From Eledone cirrhosa (lineage: Eukaryota): a stretch of DNA of 64,000 nucleotides. A program made the translations under genes and the position numbers. The notes beneath the pieces were generated by a model that saw only the letters and a program-made list of their open reading frames with translations, was not told where the DNA came from and ran no database searches. This document shows positions 44,709 through 60,000 of this stretch, in pieces (position 1 is the stretch's first letter; each line of letters begins with the position of its first letter). The stretch covers positions 176,390,001 through 176,454,000 of the forward strand of contig OZ024740.1 in assembly GCA_964016885.1 (NCBI GenBank), given 5' to 3'.

Positions 44709-44791
<83 letters not shown>

Positions 44792-47003
44792 TACACACAT
44801 ATACATATATATATATATATATTCATAGATGTATACATGCATATATACATACATACACATACACACACATATACACTTATATATACATATAATTATTGGG
44901 GGGGGATTAAATTTATCTGTGAGAAATAGTAAATATATATAGTTTTCAAGGAACATAGAGTCATAACCTGAAGTTAAAGCATTATATATGTTTACTTAAT
45001 GGTATCAGTTTTAGGAAATGATATTTGTAAGAAGGAAAGCAAAATTATGTAGTTCATCAGTAGTAGAATATTAATTATAGGTTAACTAAATTAAAAATAG
45101 TTTATATATTAATTTCTAAAGTGTATATTAATTAGGTTTATAATTTTTAAAGCAGAATTTTGTAGTTCATCAGTTGTAGAATATTAATTATAGGTTAACT
45201 AAATTAAAAATAATTTATAAATTAATTTCTAAAGTGTATATTAATTAGGTTTATAATATTTAAAGGTTTTTCTCAGTTTATGATTACACGATATTATTAA
45301 TTCCTGTCGCTTATTTAATAGGATATCCTTAGATTTCATTATTTCAAAAAGTTCTTGGGAACATAATCTACATTCATTTCTACTATTTTGATAAGGGGTG
45401 GCCCTTTTGAGCACACTCCAGGTCAGGTCATATTCTATATTCCTCTTTCTATAACTATTTATTATTTCAGCTAGAGATGTTGTATTAGCTTGTGCGGCAT
45501 TTTTAAAACTATGTTTGTGGGTATTAAATCTTACCTTAAATTTGTTAGAGGTAGCTCCTATATATGAATAAATTGAGTCCTTAGTGTTAACTTTACATTT
45601 ATATACTATGTTATTAACAAGGCAATTTCCTTTTAATGGACAGTTTGCCTTGTTTCTACAGTTACAACTTTTCGTGAATCCTGTATCTGAGGAGATATTA
45701 TGGTTAGTTTGATGTACTGGTGGTATACTCATGGTTTTTTTACATTTATATGCATTATAGGCACTTATATTTTGTTTTATGTTTTTGGTTGTTGAGTAGG
45801 AGAATTTAACCGTTGATCTATTTAAGATTTGATGGTATTTGTGGTTTGGAGGGAAGTTTTTCTCTAGGATATTAAAGAATTTTTTAGGTATATTATCCTT
45901 AATTTGTAAATTAAATGGAGCATTGTACCAAGTAACTCGTCTATTACGGTTTCGATGTTGTTTATTGTTTTTATAGGATGCATCCTGATGATTATTAAGA
46001 GAATTATTGTTAATGACCTCACCACACACATTTTTAGTTAGAATTATTGATTTAGGTGTTTTAGCTTGTTTATTAGGAGTTTTATTATTAACATTTATTA
46101 GAGTTGTAGGATGAGTAGTTTTTTGAGAGTTACTATACTGTATATTAGAAGAGTTAGAGAAATTTGGTTTTATGTTGGTGTTTTGGGGTATAGTGTGAGT
46201 GGCATTTAGGTGTGTATGTTTCATTTGGTGTTTGTTGGTAATATTAGGTTGTATGTTTGTAGTGTTATTGGTAGAAGGTATATATACTAATCTATTTTTG
46301 TGGCCACTTCTAGCTAGAGCTTCGTTATAAAAGGTCGCATTTTTATCAAATACATCTTGGTTAGACGAAAGGTTAGAAATTCTAAGTGATATATTATATG
46401 CAAGGTTTTTAAGGATAGATTTAGGGTGATTAGATTGTGAGTGTATGTAGTGTAAATTTTGGTTGGATTTATGGTAAGGTTGGTAGATACCCGTAGATAA
46501 GTCTAATGTTATATCTAGGAAATTAACTACTTTACTTGTGTTTTCAAATGTAATATCTAGACTATAATAGTCTTTGAGGAAAGTTCTAATAAGCTTTTTA
46601 TTTTTTTCTATCTCTGAGAGGCTAAGGTTATTGGAAAGAAGAAGACAGTCGTCACGATATAAACCACCTTTAAGGTGGGGAAAAGAAGCATTTATGTTAA
46701 AAAGAAGAAAGAGGCCCACAAGATCAGTAATTTGGGCAGAATCGCTTGAGCCCATAGTAATATCGAATAGGTTACTATATGTGTTTCTGGTCCAGTATTC
46801 ATTCTGAAATTCCAATAGTGTTAGTCTAGCATGTGTAATAATATTAATGTCATCCAAAGTTAAGTTAGATCTATTTTTAGCAAATATCAAGGCTTTGTTC
46901 AGGAGTATAGGTGATATAGAAGAATAATAATTATCTATATCAAATCGTAGAAATGAAGCAGAGGATTTATTTCTAATATTATTAAACCAGTTAATTACCT
47001 GGG
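43732..47003 (-). mobile_element. Naiad-type PLE with 3' UTR interrupted by TA/CA microsatellite (44563-44890)
   Basis: Open RT-GIY-YIG 45241-47003; 113-bp duplication of the ORF end (45048-45265); degenerate HHR 43789-43921 (core CT-AAGA, GAAA-CGATCG-TA). Linkage of 43732-44560 to this copy is inferred. Confidence 0.8.
45241..47003 (-). CDS. Naiad RT + GIY-YIG (partial, uninterrupted ~587 codons)
   Basis: VINWF, FLRFDI, GGLYRDD, WYNAPF, CNCRNKANCPL, YIGATSNKFKVRFNTH, CRLCSQE; the first ~31 aa of the listed ORF come from the adjacent element. Confidence 0.85.
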
Positions 47004-47203
47004 ATGTGTATTTCGACCGATCAGTGTGTAGTTTCACTGAATTACTAAAGCTGATTGGTTTAAGCGCCACGGCTGGTTGAGCATGTCTAACGACCAATAA
47101 TTAATCATATCCAAAGCATCAATTGTTTTGCTATCTTTAGAAATGTTGAAAATAGCATTTTCTATTAATCAACACCATCAACATCACTTTTATTATTATT
47201 ATT

Positions 47204-47254
<51 letters not shown>

Positions 47255-48050
47255 AGTGGTCGTAGTCATAGTGGTAGTAGAAGTAATACCCCTAAGCGTT
47301 ATTATTGTTCATTTAGCTTGGGTTTGAATTTATCAATAAAATTCTTTTCTTTGATTTTTCTATTGATTTCACTTGGGCTGTGTAATTTGTAGAATGGGAA
47401 TATTATAAATATTCCCTGACCACATGTTGCTAGATGGTTACTTAGGGGTATCTGACGGACATTTGGGTCTCTGATTTGTTGACGGTGTACCCGTGCACGT
47501 TCCGATAGTGCATTTCCAGTTTGACCGACATATAGTTCTTCACAATCCGGGCATTTAATGCAGTAAATTAGATTTCTGCTTTTACAGTTCATATTTGCAT
47601 TTGGGAATATTTTTCCAGTTTTTGTTTTCATATATTGACCGGCGTGTATGGATTGACATGTGCCGCATCGACTATCATTGCATTTAGATACAGTGAATTA
47701 TTGGTCTTTGTTGTTAAGGTCAAACTTTGCATTTGTTAGTAATTGCTTCAAATTTTTTGGCTGTCTTATACTAAGAGTCAAAGATCGATCTGTGATTAAG
47801 CCTTTTAATTCATTACTTTGAGCAATGGTCGGTAGGTTTGCTTTGGCAGTGTTGAAGATATTCTGATGACATGGGTTGTGTGTCATTATAAATGGTATGA
47901 CCAGTTCTTGGTTTCTTCTTCCTTGGGTTGTCCTAAGTTGTTGTATAGGTATTTTTATAGTCCGCTGTATGCCATTTTCTATAAGTAGAGATGGGTATTT
48001 TTGTTTGAGCAAATATTCTCTTAGTTCTGTTAGGCGTTTGTACCTGGTAT

Positions 48051-48052
<2 letters not shown>
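47004..48052 (-). mobile_element. Neptune-type PLE 3' fragment
   Basis: [18 protein letters not shown] linker, LIYCIKCPDCEELYVGQTG..ERARVH; (CAA)n in 3' UTR. Confidence 0.88.
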
Positions 48053-48116
<64 letters not shown>

Positions 48117-48122
48117 CGTATA

Positions 48123-48210
<88 letters not shown>

Positions 48211-49197
48211 CTCTTTTACTCTTTTACTCTTTTACCTGTTTCAGCCATCCGGCTGAGGCCATGCTGGGGCACCGCCCTTGTTGCTACACATTTTATCTCC
48301 AGCCTGTATAGGTTGGCCACTGGTGTAGGAGGGAGTTTGTTGCTGCTGCCCTTAGGTTTCCCTCGTGTCTTGCTGTGGGCTCATCCGGGATCCTGGATAA
48401 CAAGGTGTCGAGATGTTTCTTAAAGACATCCAGCTCCACGTCATGCAAGTCTCGCAGATGCCTCGGCAGCCTGTTGAAGAGTTGAGGGCCCTTGAATCCC
48501 AGGCTATTGCAATACCTGCTCCTTATTCTAGATGTGGAAGACGAGACCTTTGGCACCACACAGTGACGTCCTGTTCGACGGTTGGTCCAGCTCCCAATGC
48601 CAAAGTTTGGTGCTAGTCCCTCCAGGATTTTCCACATGTAGATCACTGCGTATCTCTCCCGTCTTCGCTCCAAGGAGTAGAGGTTCAGTTCCTTCAGCCT
48701 CTCCCAGTAGCTTGTCTCCCTCATCTTGGCAATCCTCTTGGTGTAGCTTCGCTGGATTGCCTCAAGCTCCGTGGTTAGTTTGACACTATGGGGTGACCAC
48801 AGCTGGGAGCAGTAGTCCAGGCGGCTTAGGACAAAAGTCCTCCACAGTGTCAACATGGTGTCTCGATCTCTTGTAAGGAAAGTCCTCAAGATCCAGCCAG
48901 CGAATCGTCTACATGCTGTCGCTACCTTCATGATGTGTGAAGAAAAAGATGCATCATCGCTCATGTCTATGCCCAGGTCTCGTATCGATTTTGACACGGG
49001 GATATCGGTCCCTCCTGGTCCTGTGTAGCTGTGTTCCGCTATATTTGTGTTTGTGTTTGCAGGTTTGTATTGTAGGGCTTGGAATTTGCCAGCATTAAAC
49101 TGCATGTTGTTTTCTTCCGCCCATCTGTATATGGCATCCAGATCCTGCTGTAGGAGGGCAGCGTCAGCCGGGTTTTTGATTGCCTGTGCTACCTTAG
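48211..49197 (-). mobile_element. CR1-group LINE 3' fragment
   Basis: Reverse complement closely matches ~42209-43181 including the (GTAAAAGA)n tail. Confidence 0.93.
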
Positions 49198-49201
49198 TGT
49201 A

Positions 49202-49268
<67 letters not shown>

Positions 49269-49303
49269 GTATATATATGTATATATATATATATATACGT
49301 ATA

Positions 49304-49340
<37 letters not shown>

Positions 49341-49367
49341 GTATATATATGTATATATATACGTATA

Positions 49368-49422
<55 letters not shown>

Positions 49423-49428
49423 GTATAA

Positions 49429-49493
<65 letters not shown>

Positions 49494-49529
49494 TACGTAT
49501 ATATATGTATATATATATGTATACGTATA

Positions 49530-49562
<33 letters not shown>

Positions 49563-49564
<2 letters not shown>

Positions 49565-49695
49565 CATTTTACCAGGAAAAAAATACTGGTCCACCCACAC
49601 ACATGCTCACACACACACACATATATACACACACACATACGCACGCGTACATTAACATACAAAGATACTTATACACACACACACACACACACACA

Positions 49696-49732
<37 letters not shown>

Positions 49733-49979
49733 CTCCGTATAAGACAAGAGCTGAAAAATATCTTTTCACATGTAAAAATATCCCCCACTCACTTACAGAC
49801 ACATTCCTACTGACCATCCCTCTACCCCGAATTACTCTGCTATACACACACACACACACACACAGACACACACACACACACACACTTGTCTTAATAGGCA
49901 TTTGAACTGTCAACAGGCTGCGGTTCGCACACAGATCCCTGCTAACCATTATCACAACAACGAACACTTTACTACTACT

Positions 49980-50011
<32 letters not shown>

Positions 50012-50390
50012 TTGTTGTGAAAGAGTCATTTCTCAAACTTGGCGCAAAATCAATTTTTTACATTCACATGACCTCTACCGACCAATCAAAATTGTTTTGA
50101 CCACAAGAATTTTTCCAAGACGAGTTGGCGCCAAAACCAATTTTAATAGCGCTGGAGCCACTTTTTTAACATAAAAACAGGTAGACTTCCCAAAACTAAT
50201 CAGATCAGAGCAAACATCACGGACGCTCTATCTCAAAATTATTTTTGAAAAGCATTTAGAAATGCGCAACCGGTAAAGCTTAAAACCAAAACTGAATACT
50301 AACCAATACAATTACTAATTCTCATTTATTCATAATTAAACTATTTTTCATTGTAAACAATTTGTCAGCATTTTCTATTCCGTTTACCAA
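49563..50390 (+). mobile_element. Non-coding dispersed element with (CA)n tracts and degenerate U3-A8 HHR (50242-50278)
   Basis: ttt-TTGAAAA-gcattt ag aaatgc-GCAA-CCGG-TA-aag, homologous to 909-946. Confidence 0.6.
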
Positions 50391-50409
50391 TATACATATA
50401 TATATATAC

Positions 50410-50440
<31 letters not shown>

Positions 50441-50467
50441 CATATATATGTACATATATATATATAC

Positions 50468-50577
<110 letters not shown>

Positions 50578-50645
50578 GTATATATATATATATATATATA
50601 TACGTATATATATATATATACATATATATACATATATATATATAC

Positions 50646-50836
<191 letters not shown>

Positions 50837-50885
50837 CATATATATATATACGTATATATATATGTATATATACGTATATATATAT

Positions 50886-52470
50886 CCGCCTGATCTCCCC
50901 AGAGCACTGGGGGAATCAGGCGGCTGTTTGAGGAACTGGATGTTGAGACAGAGCCCTTCACCAGAGAGGAGCTTCAGAGAGCCAAGAAGAAGATCAAGGA
51001 GGGCAAGGCTCATGGAGAAGATGGAGTGGCATCAGAGGTGATGAAGAGGTGTGATTTTGATGATATCATCCTGGGGTTCTGTAACGGGGCACTGGAGAAA
51101 GGAGTTGCCCCGAATCAGTGGAGGATCAGTAACATCGTCCCAGTGCCAAAGAAGGGAGATCTCTCTAACACCAACAACTACCGGGGGATATCACTGACGT
51201 CACTTGTGGCAAAGACCCTCAACAGGATGATTTTTAACAGGATCCAGCCTGCGATGGAGAAGAAGCTCAGGGACAGCCAGAACGGCTTCAGAGAGGGTAG
51301 ATCAACCACCAGTCACATCCTGATGCTGAGGAGGATATTAGAGGGACCTAGAGCAAAGTGCCTTCCTGCGGTCATGGTTTTCATTGACTTTAGGAAGGCC
51401 TTTGATTCTGTGGACCGTTACTGCCTGATGAAGATCTTACAGGCTTATGGAATCCCCAAGAGGATAGTGGACCTGATATCACTGCTCTACACCAACACCA
51501 AAGCCCAAGTCATTACACCTGATGGGATGACAGAGTTCTTTGAGATACTGGCTGGAGTGCTCCAGGGAGATACATTGGCTCCCTACCTTTTTATCATCGT
51601 AGTGGACTATTGTATGCGCCTTGCACTTGAGAAACACCAGGACTCTGGCTTTACTGTAGCACCGGCTCAGAGCAGGAGAGTTGGGGCGAAAAAGGTTTCG
51701 GATGCTGAATTTGCCGACGACATAGTTTTGGTGACAAATACAGTGAAGGAGGCAGAGGATTTGATGCAGGAGGTTGAGACTGTGTCGATGAGTGTGGGGC
51801 TGAGAATGAATGAGACTAAAACAAAATATCTGGTAGAGAATGTTGAGAAGCCAGAGGGGATCACTAATGTAGGCGGGAAGCCGCTGGAATTGGTTGAGGA
51901 CTTCCTGTATTCGGGAGCAAAGATTAGGAATACGGAAGATGATGTAGTTGAGAGGAAGAGCAAGGCCTGGGCGGCGTGTCACAGCTTGAGATCGGTGTGG
52001 AAGTCGGACCTTCGTAGAGATCTGAAAATCCGCCTCTTCATTGCTGTAGTGGAGTCTGTGCTGCTGTATGGGTCTGAGACTTGGACGCTGACCAAGAGAC
52101 TCACTCAGATGGTAGATGGGTGCTACACGAGAATGCTGAGGATGGCTCTGAACATTAATCAGTATACACTGAGGATGAAAAACTCAGAGCTGTATGGGAG
52201 CATCCCAAAAGTCAGCTCAAAAGTGACACAGAGGAGACTGAGGTTGGCTGGACATGCTCACCGACATCCAGAGTTGGCATTGCACTAAGTGCTCCTTTGG
52301 GAGCCCCTACATGGACACACTGGAAGACCAAGGTTAACATATGTTGATGCCCTAAGGACAGACACTGGTCTGTTGGAGATGCAGGCTATGGCAGCGATAA
52401 TGAGGGACATAGACCGCTGGAGAGAACAGGTCCATGGATCTCGGGAATTTTACCCGCCTTAGATAGATAG
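50886..52470 (+). mobile_element. RTE LINE, 5'-truncated second copy
   Basis: Highly similar to ~4026-5604; ORF 51026-52288 ends at a premature TAA; same (TAGA)n tail. Confidence 0.95.
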
Positions 52471-52492
52471 ATATATACGTATATATATACAC

Positions 52493-52612
<120 letters not shown>

Positions 52613-52630
52613 ATAATAATAAAATTGAAG

Positions 52631-52720
52631 ACTAAGCGCATTTTCAACGACCATTCCACTTACTACAATGAAGCTCTTGCTCGAAGTGGATTTGTTGATA
52701 AGGTAAAGCAGAAGTTATAG
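52631..52720 (+). pseudogene. Tiny Naiad RT-thumb fragment
   Basis: Translates [25 protein letters not shown], similar to [17 protein letters not shown] in the 45-kb copy. Confidence 0.65.
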
Positions 52721-53261
52721 ACTAAAATTCTAACTAGGAGACCAAATGAATCTCCGCTACAGAGTTAAGAACAACGTAAATAAATACAATACAGAAGTAA
52801 TAGAAACAAATAAATACATACACGCAAACAGATACGTACATACACAAGCATTCGCAAAACCTTACCATAGGTATACAAAACCACGCACATATAAATATGT
52901 GTGTGTGTGTATGCTTGTGTACAAATAAATAAATAAATAATTATATAAACGTATATAAGTAAATAAATACGTATATAACAAGCGCACACACATACCTACA
53001 AATAAATACACGAATGTTCGGAGACGTAAGTCAACTAAAACAAGAAGTACACATATAAACACACCCACCATATGTACGAACCTGCATACTCACGCAGACG
53101 CAAAACTCCCGTATACACATAGCCAAACCCTAAATACCAGAATATGTAAAAATTATACGCCATAACAGTCAAATATACGTCATATATATATGCATATATA
53201 TATATACGTATATATATATATATACGTATATATATATATGAATATATATATATATATATAC

Positions 53262-53377
<116 letters not shown>

Positions 53378-53378
53378 G

Positions 53379-53410
<32 letters not shown>

Positions 53411-53809
53411 AAAATAGAGAAAGCGAGAGAATAGAAAATAGAAATGGCTGTTTAGTTGCTATTTAATGTAGCTTAAATGGCTTGGGAGTAAAAAGAAAGC
53501 AAAAACGGAGGGGGTGGGGTTGAGTCGTCCTCATCAGTTGTCTACTTGGGGTCTCGGATATTTCTACGCTTTAAAGACAATATATCTACCGCCCAGAGCG
53601 TCAATAACTGGATAAATTATTGGGGAAAGGGGATGGAGGGAAGGAAAACGAAAGGGAAGAAAAGAGAAAAACATGGAAAAAAAACAACAAACCGATTAAT
53701 ATGCGAGCAACTTAGGGTTAGAAAATTCCACACAATGAGAGAATTTAAGTTCAAGACTGTGGTCGAGAGAAAAAATACGCACGGTATATATATAAATATA
53801 TATATATAT

Positions 53810-53863
<54 letters not shown>

Positions 53864-53953
53864 TGTATGTGTGTATATATATATATATATGGTTTTGTAT
53901 GTCGTCAGTTTGTGATTTTAACTCTGGAATTTTATATTCTCCGAGGGAGAAGA

Positions 53954-54035
53954 GCCTTCTGAAGAATGCTCACTGCTCAATAGAAATCCACTTGAAATTT
54001 CCGTTTATTCTGGAGCATGAAACCGCGGTAAAGGC
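53954..54035 (+). ncRNA. Hammerhead ribozyme, array unit 1
   Basis: gcctt-CTGAAGA-atgctc...gagcat-GAAA-CCGCGG-TA-aaggc; predicted GUA cleavage after 54030. Confidence 0.85.
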
Positions 54036-57000
54036 AGATATAGTAAGTACAGCGAAGTGTTTAAAATATATTTTAAAACATTTTCTCTATTTGCTAGAAC
54101 TCGATTTTATATGTACTGGCTTGTTAATTTATTAACCCGCCATACAATCACATTGGCATACGGTTGGATAATACTTGTTTCCCTATATGTTTTTTTTACA
54201 CGGAGGAATTCATACTTTATTATTATTGATCTCCCCCTAAGGTAGAGATAAATGTTTGGCCGTTTGGACTGCTGCTATTTCTAGTGGCAGGACATTGACC
54301 TGTCCACCCAGGCTTTTGTCTATTCACACGGCACCAGACAGAATTATTTCTTTCATCATCCGCTCTCGTTTGCGAATGGTTTTGTATGGCGTTAGTTTGT
54401 GATTTGAACTCTGAATTTTATATTCTCCGATGAAGAAGAGCCTTCTGAAGCATGCTCCCTTCTCAATGGAAAATCGGCTTGGATTTTCCGTTTATTCTGG
54501 TGCATAAAACGCGGTAAAGGCACATAGAGTAAGCACAGCGAATTTTTAAAATTTTATTTTAAAACTTTTCTCTATTTTATTTTAAAACTTTCCTCGATTT
54601 TACATGTTCTTGCTTGTTAATTTATTAACCCGCCATAGAACCGCTTTGGCATAAGGTTTGATAATACTTGTTTCCCTATATGTATATTTTACACGTAAGA
54701 ATTCATATTTTATTATTATTGATCTCCCCTATGATAGAGATAAAATTTTGCCCGTTTGTACTGCTGCTATTTCTAGTGGAAGGAAAATGACAGTCCACTC
54801 TGCCTTTGCTTTGCACACGGCACCAGACAGAATTATTTCTTTCATCAACCGCTCTCATTTGGAAATGGTTTTGTATGGCGGCAGTTTGTGATTTGAGCTC
54901 GGAAATTTTATATTCTCCGAGCGAGAACAGCCTTCTGAAGAGTGCTCTCTTCTCAATGGAAATACGCTTGGATTTTCTATTTATTCTGGAGCATGAAACC
55001 GCGATAAAGGCACATATAGTAAGTATAGCGAATTTTTGAAAATTTATTTTAAAACATTTTCTGTATTTGCTAGACCTCTATTTTATATGTTCTGGCATGT
55101 TAATTTATTAACCCGCCATAGAACCACATTGGCATACGGTTGTATAATACTTTTTTCCCTATATGTATTTTTTACACGTGTGAATTCATACTTTATTATT
55201 ATTGATCTCCCCCTAAGGTAGAGATATAATTTTGGCTGTTTGGACTGCTGCTCTTTCTAGTGGAAGGAAAATGACAGTCCACCCTCTCTTTTGTCTTTGC
55301 ACAGGGCACCAGACAGAATTATTTCTTTCATCATCCGCTCTCATTTTGGAATGGTTTTGTATGGCGTCAGTTTGGGATTTGAATTCGGGAATTTTATATT
55401 CTCCGAAGGGAGAAGAGCCTTCTGAAGATTGCTCAGTGCCCAATGGAAAATCCGCTTGATTTCTCCTTATTCTGGAGCATGAAACCGCGGTAAAGGCACA
55501 TATAGTATGTACAGCGAATTTTTAAAAATATATTTTTAAACTTGTTCTCTATTTGCTAGACCCCGATTTTATATGTTCTGGCTTGTTAATTTGTTAACCC
55601 GCCATAGAACCACACTGGCATACGTTTGGATAATACTTGTTTCCCTATATGTATTTTTTACACGTGGGAATTCATACTTTATTATTATGGATCTCTACCT
55701 AAGGTAGAGATAACATTTTGGCCGTTTGGACTGCTGCTATTTCTAGTGGCAGGACATTGACCTGTTCACCCTGCCTTTTGTTTTGCACAGGGCACCAGAC
55801 AGAATTATTTTTTTCTTCATCCGCTCTCATTTGGGTATGGTTTTGTATGGCGTTAGTTTGTGATTTGAACTCGGGAATTTCATATTCTCCGAAGGAGAAG
55901 AGCCGTCTGAAGATTGCTCACTGCACACTGGAAATCCGCTTGGATTTTTCGTTTATTCTGGAGCATGAAAACGCGGTAAAGGCACATATAGCAAATACAG
56001 ATAATTTTTTAAAATATATTTTAAAACATTTTCTCTATTTGCGAGACCTCGATTTTATATGTTCTGGCTTGTTAATTTGTAACCCAGCATAGAACCACAT
56101 TGGCATACGGTTTGATAATACTTGTTTCCCTATATGTATTTTTTACACGTAGGAATTCATACTTTATTATTATTGAGCTTCCCATAAGGTAGAGATAAAA
56201 TTTTGGCCGTTTAGACTGCTGGTATTTCTAGTGGCAGGTCATTGACCTGTTCACCCTGCCTTTTGTTTTGCACACGGCACCAGACAGAATTATTTCTTTA
56301 AGCATCCGCTCTCATTTGGAAATGGTTTTGTATGGCGTCAGTTTGTGATTTGAACTCGGGAATGTTACTTTCTCCGAGCGAGAAGAGCCCTCTGAAGATT
56401 GCTCACTGCTCAATGGAAATCGGCTTGGTTTTTCCATTTATTCTGGAGCACGAAACCGCGGTAAAGGCACATATAGTAAGTACAGCGAATTTTTAAAAAT
56501 ATTTTAAAAACTTTTTCTCTATTTGCTAGACCTCGACTTTATATGTTCTGGCTTGTTAATCATATTAACCCGCCATAGAACCACATTGGCATACGGTTGG
56601 ATAATACTTGTTTCCCTATATGTATTTTTCACACGTACGAATTCATACTTTATTATTATTGGTCACCCCCTAAGGTAAAGATAACATTTTGGCCGTTTAG
56701 ACTGCTACTATTTCTAGTGGCAGGGCATTGTCCTGTCCACCCTGCCCTTTGTCTTTGCACACGGTACCAGACAGAATTATTTCTTTCATCATACGCTCTC
56801 ATTTGGGAATGGTTATGTATGCCGTTAGTTTGTGATTTGAACTCGGAAATTTTATATTGTAATAGGGAGAAGAGCCTTCTGAAGATTGCTCACTGCTCAA
56901 TGGAAATCCGCTTGGATTTTCCGTTTATTCTAGAGCATGAAACCGTGGAAAAAGGCACATACATTAAGTACAGCGAATTCTTAAAAATTTATTTTAAATC

Positions 57001-60000
57001 TTTTTCTCTATTTGCTAGAGCTCGATTTTATATGTTCTGGCTTCTTAATTTATTAACCCGCCATAGAACCACATTGGCATACGGTTGGATAATACTTGTT
57101 TCCCTATAGGTATTTTTTACACCTAGGAATTGACACTTTATTATTATTGATCTCCCCCTAAGGTAGAGATAAAATTTTGGCCGTTTAGACTGCTGCTACT
57201 TCTAGTGGCAGGACATTGACATGTTCACCCTGGCTTTTGTTTTGGACACGCTCCAGACAGCATTCTTTCTTTCATCATCCGCTCTCATTTCGAAATGGTT
57301 TCGTATGGCGTCAGTTTGTGATTTAAACTCGGGAATTTTATATTTTCCGAGGGAGAAGAGCCTTCTGAAGATTGCTGACTGGTCAATGAAAGTCCGCTTG
57401 GATTTTCCGTTTATTCTGGAGCATATAACCGCGGTAAAGGCACATATAGTAAGCACAGCGAATCATTTAAAATATATTTTAAATCTTTTTCTCTATTGGC
57501 TAGACCTCGATTTTATATGTTCTGGCTTGTCAATTTGTTAACCCGCCATAGAACCACACTGGTATACGGTTAGATAATACTTGTTTCCCTATATGTATTT
57601 TTACACGTAGGAATTCATACTTTATTATTATTGACCTCCCCCTAAGGTAGAGATAACATTTTGGCCGTTTAGGCTGCTGCTATTTCTAGTGGCAGGACAT
57701 TGACGTGTCCACCCTGCCTTTTGCTTTGCACATGGCACCAGACAGAATTATTTCTTTCATCATCCACTCTCATTTTGTATGACGTTAGTTTGTGATTTGA
57801 ACTCAGGAATTTCATATTCTCCGAGGGTGAAGAGCCTTCCGAAGATTGCTCACTGCTCAATGAAAATCCGCTTAGATTTTTCGTTTATTCTGGAGCATGA
57901 AACCGCGGTAACGTCACATATAGTAAATACAGCGAATTTTTTAAAATATATTTTAAAACCTTTTCTCTATTTGCTAGAACTCGATTTTAAGCGTTCTGGC
58001 TTGTTAATTTGTTAACCCGCCATAGAACCACACTAGCATACGGTGGGATAATACTTGTTTCCCTATATGTATTTTTTACACGTAGGAACTCATACTTTAT
58101 TATTATTTATCTCCCCCTAAGGTAGAGATAAAACTTTGGCCGTTTAGATTGCTGCTATATCTAGTGGCAGGACATCGTCCAGTTGACCCTGCCTTTTGTC
58201 TTTGCACACGGCACCAGACAGAATTATTTCTTTCATCATCTGCTATCATTTGGGAATGGTTTTGTATGGCGTTAATTTGTGATTTGAACTCGGGAATTTT
58301 ATATTCTCCGTGGGAGAAGAGCCTTCTGAAGATTGCTCACTGCTCAATGGAAATTCGCCTGTATTTTCCGTTTACTCTGGAGTATGAAACTGCGGTAAAG
58401 GCACACATAGTAAGTACAGTGAATTTTTGAAAATATATTTTAAAATCTTTTCTCTATTTGCTAGAACTCGATTTTATATGTTCTGGCTTGTTAATTTATT
58501 AACCCGCCATAGAATCACACTGGCATACGGTTGGATAATACTTCTTTCCCTATATGTATTTTTTACTAGTAGGAATTCATACTTTATTATTATTGATCTC
58601 CCCCTAAGGCAGAGATAAAATTTTGGGCATTGAGACTGCTGCTATTTCTAGTGGCAAGACATTGACCTGTCCACCCTGCGTTTTGTCTTTGCACACGGCA
58701 CCTGACAGAATTATTTCTTTCATCATACGCTCTCATTTGGGAATGGTTTTGTATGGCGTTAGTTTGAGATTTGAACTCGGGAATTTTATATTCTCCGAGG
58801 GAGAAGAGCCTACTGAATATTGCTCACTGCTCAATGGAAATCCTCTTGGATTTTCCGTTTACTCTGTAACATGAAACCGCGGTAAAGGCAGATATAGTAG
58901 GTACAGCGAAGTGTTTAAAATATATTTTAACAAATGTTCTCTATTGGCTAGACCTCGATTTTATATGTTCTGGCTTGTTAATTTATTAACCCGCCATAGA
59001 ACCACACTGGCATACGGATGGATAATACTTGTTTCCCTATATGTATTTTTTACACGTAGGAATTCATAATTTAATATTATTGATCTCCCCCTAAGATAGC
59101 GATAACATTTTGGCCGTTTAGACTGCTGCTATTTCTAGTGGCAGGATATTGACCTCTCCACCCTGCCTTTTGTCTTTGCACACGGCACCAGACTGAATTA
59201 TTTCTTGCATCATCCGCTATCATTTGGGAAAGGTTTTGTATGGCGTTAGTTTGTAATTTGAACTCGGGAATTTTATATTCTCAAAGGGAGAAGAGCCTTC
59301 TGAAGATTGCTCACTGCTCAATGGAAATCCGCTTGGATATTCCGTTTACTCTGTACCATGAAACCGCGGTAAAGGAACATATAGTAAGTACAGCGAATGT
59401 TTTAAAATATATTTTAAAACGTTTCTCTATTGGCTAGACCTCGATTTTATATGTTCTGGCTTGTTTATTTGTTAACCCGCCATAGAACCACACTGGCATA
59501 CGGTTGGATAATACTTGTTTCCCTATATGTATTTTTTACACGTAGGAATTCATACTTTATTATTATTGATCTCCCCCTAAGATAGCGATAACATTTTGGC
59601 CGTTTAGACTGCTGCTATTTCTAGTGGCAGGATATTGACCTCTCCACCCTGCCTTTTGTCTTTGCACACGGTACCAGACTGAATTATTTCTTGCATCATC
59701 CGCTATTATTTGGGTAGGTTTTGTATGGCGTTAGTTTGTAATTTGAACTCGGGAATTTTATATTCTCAAAGGGAGAAGAGCCTTCTGAAGATTGCTCACT
59801 TCTCAATGGAAATCCTCTTGGATTTTCCGTTTACTCTGTAACATGAAACCGCGGTAAAGGCAGATATAGTAAGTACAGCGAAGTGTTTAAAATATATTTT
59901 AAAACATTTTCTCTATTGGCTAGATCTCGATTTTATATGTTCTGGCTTGTTAATTTATTAACCCGCCATAGAACCACACTGGCATACGGTTGGATAATAC

